A stretch of 63,755 nt of DNA, counting the filler. It is 7 parts of 7 records of this genome, joined end to end, with 100 filler letters (N's around TTAATTAATTAA, not from the genome) between each part and the next. Parts side by side here need not be neighbours in the genome. Positions count along the whole stretch, not along the records: positions 58,480 to 63,755 come from SRR31147125_3062; 6 more parts are not named here. One strand, 5' to 3'. Made by a program: the position numbers and the translations under genes. Under the pieces are notes generated by a model, which made no database searches, was not told where the DNA came from, and was given only the letters and a program-made list of their open reading frames with translations. Positions 59,994 to 63,755 of the stretch are shown here, in pieces (position 1 is the stretch's first letter; every line of letters begins with the position of its first letter).

Positions 59994-60935
59994 ATGATTA
60001 GAATTATTACTGATACAACTTGTAGTTTATCTAAAGAAATAAAAGATAAGTATAATATTAAGACAGCGACTTGTACATTCAATCTAGACGGCAAGGAGAT
60101 TGATGACGATGGCAGCACAATAGAAACAGAAGAATTCTATAAAAGAATTTCTAAAACAGAAGATATAGGTCCTCTTATAGCACCTAGTTCAAACAAATTT
60201 GCTGATTTATTTATAGAAAGTGTAAAAAACGGCGATGAAGATATTATAGTAATTACTATGTCTAGCCGCACTGAAAAGTCCTATGATAATGCTATAAAAG
60301 CAAGAGATTCTTTTCTCAAAAGTACTCGCATAGGCGGCATTCGCATTGCTGTTATAGATTCTCAAAATATGTCTTCTGGATACGGCTATCTTGCTATGAA
60401 GGTTGCACAGCTCAGAAATCAAGGTGTTAGTTTTGAGGATTTAGTAGACTTTGCAGAGAAATACAAAACCAGAGTCAAAGGCTATATATGTGTTAGTGAT
60501 GTGCTCTCCCTTGTAAAGCTGGGGTTTTTAAAGACCAGCAAAAGAAAAATGAAAAGGGTTACAGATGATATTGTTATGCTAAGCACAGACAATAGGGGCA
60601 TGGGAGTCATGGTAGGGCAGGCAAAGGGAATGGAAGAAGTATATACTACCTTTCTAGAAGAGTTTAAAAACAAGGTGGATAATGAGCTAACAGATTTCTT
60701 GATTATAGAATATTCTTCGGATATTACCTTAGCTGAAAGACTAAAAGAGCATATTAGAAACAACATAAATTTTGGCGGAGAAATATATCTATCACAATTG
60801 TCTCCCTCTGGTGGAGCTATACTAGGCTTAGGTTCAGTTGGATTAGCCTATGTTGCTAAAGCATCAGGAGAATCTTTTATGGATTTATTCAAGCGTGTAG
60901 GAGCAGTGGTAAAAACATCATCCTATTCTATATAG
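59994..60935 (+). CDS. DegV-family fatty-acid-binding protein (divergent)
   Basis: IRIITDTTCSL, ITMSS....SY..A, VIDS...S.G.G; GGAGG RBS. Confidence 0.85.
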   Translation: MIRIITDTTCSLSKEIKDKYNIKTATCTFNLDGKEIDDDGSTIETEEFYKRISKTEDIGPLIAPSSNKFADLFIESVKNGDEDIIVITMSSRTEKSYDNAIKARDSFLKSTRIGGIRIAVIDSQNMSSGYGYLAMKVAQLRNQGVSFEDLVDFAEKYKTRVKGYICVSDVLSLVKLGFLKTSKRKMKRVTDDIVMLSTDNRGMGVMVGQAKGMEEVYTTFLEEFKNKVDNELTDFLIIEYSSDITLAERLKEHIRNNINFGGEIYLSQLSPSGGAILGLGSVGLAYVAKASGESFMDLFKRVGAVVKTSSYSI

Positions 60936-60971
60936 TGACTGTTGGAATAATAATATTATTCAACAACCCTA
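60933..60971. repeat. Dispersed short palindromic repeat (other copies at 58480-58513, 62810-62852 and 63725-63755)
   Basis: GACTGTTG-GAATAATAATATTATT-CAACAACCC; related GGGTTGTTGAGTAATATTATTATTCAACAGTCCCTTAG. Confidence 0.85.
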
Positions 60972-60989
60972 TATAATAAAATATTATTA

Positions 60990-61020
60990 AAGCCAGCAGA
61001 TTCCCTGTTGGTTTTACTTT
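60990..61020 (+). terminator. Intrinsic terminator after the DegV gene
   Basis: AAAGCCAGCAG-ATTCC-CTGTTGGTTTT. Confidence 0.6.
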
Positions 61021-61222
61021 TCCCCAGATATTGTTCCCGTAGTAAGACATGCCAGATACAGCGCAGCAGCCATCAATGTAGTATGCACACGTGAATCGTT
61101 TGAATTTTTATGTCATTTTATAGTATTTTTACGATATTTTTGTAGCATTAAACACAATAATGATTAAATTATACAGTAATGGTTTATACAAGATATAAAT
61201 GTAAAATAATGAGAGGTATACT

Positions 61223-62053
61223 ATGGAGAATAATGACAGTAAAAACAACTCAAATGAAGCTAAAAAAAATGACAATGGCAAACTTATCGTATTTATTGTA
61301 GTTACTGTACTGATGGCACTTTTTTTAATTTTGTCACCCAAGGGACTAGGATTAGCAGGATTTAGCGAAAGTAACAGCAGGCTAATCAAAAATATTTCTT
61401 TAATAGTATATGTAGTACTAATATTAATTGCAATAGCAGTTTTCATATTTAGTGTTAGGAAGCAGAAGGAAAAGAAATATTTTGATGAATATGCAAAAAA
61501 CAAAGAAGAGATATTCAGCCGCTTAACAGATATTGAAATAATAGCAGCGCCAACACAAAATAGCCCTAGCCGCACAGATGAATTTGAAGCGGGCAGTCCT
61601 GAAGCTGGCTCAAAAAATAATGAGGGAAGAAAAAAGATTAAATCAATAGATGCATTCTTTGCAGAGACAATTAGTGATAATATAGCTACATTAAGGCAAT
61701 ACTATAGCCTTGTCAGCTCACAAACATCCAATAGTTTCGGCATTGCACTAGGTGCATGTATTGCTGGCTTTTTGTTAATTGCAGCACCTATGGTTATTGA
61801 AGCTGCCGGCGGAGATGCAGTAAACATTTCTACCCTAACAACTTTTTCGGGGATATTAGCAGAATTAGTTTCAGCACTGTTTTTCTATTTGTACAATAGA
61901 ACAATAAAGCAGTTGAAAGAGTATCATGATAGTTTGCTGGGTGTGCAGAATGTTTTACTTTCATATAAATTGATTGAGGAAATCACAGATGAAAATGAAA
62001 GAAGCGACACCATTGCAGCTATTATTAAACAAATATTAAAAAAAGAAGATTAA
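61223..62053 (+). CDS. Membrane protein with a TRADD-N-associated-like membrane domain
   Basis: LRQYY.....Q...SF..A....IAGF and SGILAELVSALFFYLYNRT. Confidence 0.7.
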   Translation: MENNDSKNNSNEAKKNDNGKLIVFIVVTVLMALFLILSPKGLGLAGFSESNSRLIKNISLIVYVVLILIAIAVFIFSVRKQKEKKYFDEYAKNKEEIFSRLTDIEIIAAPTQNSPSRTDEFEAGSPEAGSKNNEGRKKIKSIDAFFAETISDNIATLRQYYSLVSSQTSNSFGIALGACIAGFLLIAAPMVIEAAGGDAVNISTLTTFSGILAELVSALFFYLYNRTIKQLKEYHDSLLGVQNVLLSYKLIEEITDENERSDTIAAIIKQILKKED

Positions 62054-62076
62054 AAATTATAATACATTTTTTCAGC

Positions 62077-62105
62077 AAAGCAGGAGTACTTTCTATCCTG
62101 CTTTT
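62077..62105 (+). terminator. Intrinsic terminator
   Basis: AAAGCAGGA...TCCTGCTTTT. Confidence 0.7.
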
Positions 62106-62384
62106 ATTATGTCTAATTATAAAATTTTTCAACTTTTCCCTGCCATATGTAGTTATAGTATGCCTGCGCCATGCTTTGTAAAGTATTTCGGTTGTTGAGT
62201 AAAACCATAATTAGCAAAATTACTAACTATCTAATTTTACTCCTTTTCACAATTCATTCACAGTTTATCAAAAAAAATAATACTTTATTAGTAAAGCATT
62301 AAGGATGCATTGCATAAAACAAGTAATGAAGATTTGCAATGTCCTTTTGTCTCGTACGAAGATGTTTTGAAAGGAGGATATTTA

Positions 62385-62801
62385 ATGAGTGCTTTAATTG
62401 TTTTATTGTTTTTAATCCCTGGATATGTAGCAGAATTTTTAACTCAGAAGATTTTAAAACAAAAACTATGTAGAATTGATGATAAATGGTTATACAAAAT
62501 TCTACGGGGACTTGCGTATAATGTGCCAATCAATATTTATGTTTGGATTGTTATATGGATATGGAAAGTGCCTTTAGGTCACGATTGGTATATGATTCAG
62601 TGCTTGGAGGATTTCTGGCAAAAGTGCTGTACTGAAGTATTTATGTTCAGATATGTTTTGGTAATAAGTGTTGGTTTACTCGTTTATTCAATAGTGCTTA
62701 TCATATTAAGAAATTGTTTTTGGTTTACTCGCCTTCTGCCTTGCTGGAATCATAAAATGCCATGCAAACCATTTAGTCATAAAGCAGACGATAAAGAATA
62801 G
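62385..62801 (+). CDS. Small membrane protein
   Basis: AAAGGAGG RBS before ATG 62385; three hydrophobic segments. Confidence 0.7.
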   Translation: MSALIVLLFLIPGYVAEFLTQKILKQKLCRIDDKWLYKILRGLAYNVPINIYVWIVIWIWKVPLGHDWYMIQCLEDFWQKCCTEVFMFRYVLVISVGLLVYSIVLIILRNCFWFTRLLPCWNHKMPCKPFSHKADDKE

Positions 62802-62876
62802 AACCTATTTAAGGGGGTTGTTGAGTAATATTATTATTCAACAGTCCCTTAGTGTAATCGTATCTTTAATAGCCCC

Positions 62877-63704
62877 TCAATAAGTATAATTAATTATTTC
62901 ATTTGAATTATATATTAGATTACTGTCATATTGCTCTATAGGCGCATCATTGTAAATTATTCCCTTTGCATTACGATTTATCAAATTAAGTGCATCCAGC
63001 GCACTAATTATATCTTGGTTTTTGGTGTAATTATGTCTAACAACTAAATATATATTTGCTGTATGTTTTGCTAGGGCAATAGTATCTGGAACCAATAGTA
63101 TAGCGGGAGTATCCAAAAGAATATAATCAAATTCATCCATTAATGACTCAATTAAATTATTCATTTTCATACATCCTAATAACCCCACTGGATCAACAGC
63201 AGGTCGTCCTGCTGTAATAATATATAAATCATTTACATTTGCAGCTATAATTGCTTCTCTAGGATTTATGCCGTCAGCCAATATATCACTTAAACCATGT
63301 GTGTTTTTATCCGCATCCAAAATAGCAGACATTTTAGCAGAACGCATATTGCAGTCTATTATTAATGTGCGTTTACCAAATTGAGCCATGTATTTTGCAA
63401 GGTATAGGCAAATTGTTGTCTTACCATCTGCTATATTCGGGCTGGATATCAGAATACACTTATTTCTGCTCTCAGAACTTAGCGTATCCATATTTATTCT
63501 TATTTTATTAAAAGCTTCCCGTACTTGAAAGCTTATTATTTCCCTTTTTCTATCAATTTTCATTTTATAATTTTTTTTAACTTGTTCTCTTTTTCGTTTT
63601 ATGGCGGGGCTAAGTCTATTTTTAATAACTAAGGACAATTTGTTAATAACTTTAAAAAAACAGCCTTTTAGAATTAATATTATTTTTCTAAATATTTCTT
63701 TCAC
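62877..63704 (-). CDS. CpsD/CapB-family bacterial tyrosine kinase
   Basis: EAF..IR.N, ISSP...DGKTT, IIDCNMR, ILLDTP; Tyr-containing C-terminal tail. Confidence 0.88.
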   Translation of the reverse strand: MKEIFRKIILILKGCFFKVINKLSLVIKNRLSPAIKRKREQVKKNYKMKIDRKREIISFQVREAFNKIRINMDTLSSESRNKCILISSPNIADGKTTICLYLAKYMAQFGKRTLIIDCNMRSAKMSAILDADKNTHGLSDILADGINPREAIIAANVNDLYIITAGRPAVDPVGLLGCMKMNNLIESLMDEFDYILLDTPAILLVPDTIALAKHTANIYLVVRHNYTKNQDIISALDALNLINRNAKGIIYNDAPIEQYDSNLIYNSNEIINYTY

Positions 63705-63755
63705 AGCATCACCTACTTTGTTGTGCTTGCTGAGTAATAATATTATTCAACAAGC

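Noticed and set aside
1-63755. tRNA, rRNA or riboswitch genes
   Set aside because: None recognised by eye. A covariance-model scan would be needed to exclude them.

Overview
The window is not one locus. It holds seven contigs joined by 100-nt N spacers that carry a TTAATTAATTAA all-frame-stop linker: 1-5423, 5524-13414, 13515-21934, 22035-35011, 35112-50467, 50568-58379 and 58480-63755. Gene content suggests several different bacteria. Many genes are split at homopolymer runs, most likely from sequencing or assembly indels. Contig 1 looks like an integron cassette array with no integrase in view: attC-like sites, an MNT-HEPN toxin-antitoxin pair, a 437-aa orphan cassette, and IS110 and IS481 elements. 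Contig 2 is Bacteroidota-like housekeeping (greA, HIT, spmAB, ispG, ispD). Contig 3 is deltaproteobacteria-like, with an OmpA-domain protein, a thrombospondin-3 surface protein, rnhA, and an RNase P RNA that lacks P13/P14. Contig 4 has an ActP-type carboxylate-uptake operon that also encodes a membrane Cache-PAS-CBS-DUF294 nucleotidyltransferase and a metallophosphoesterase. Contig 5 is a decaying sulfated-glycan/pectin utilisation region. Contig 6 is a candidate new RiPP cluster: peptide arginase, degenerate radical SAM, radical SAM/SPASM, an S41 peptidase with Cys at the catalytic Ser position, an ABC exporter, and an unannotated precursor ORF at the contig end. Contig 7 is Bacillota-like and carries short dispersed palindromic repeats. 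The two best candidates for an undescribed system are the RiPP cluster and the Cache-DUF294/phosphoesterase module. All family calls come from motif recognition by eye, not database searches.
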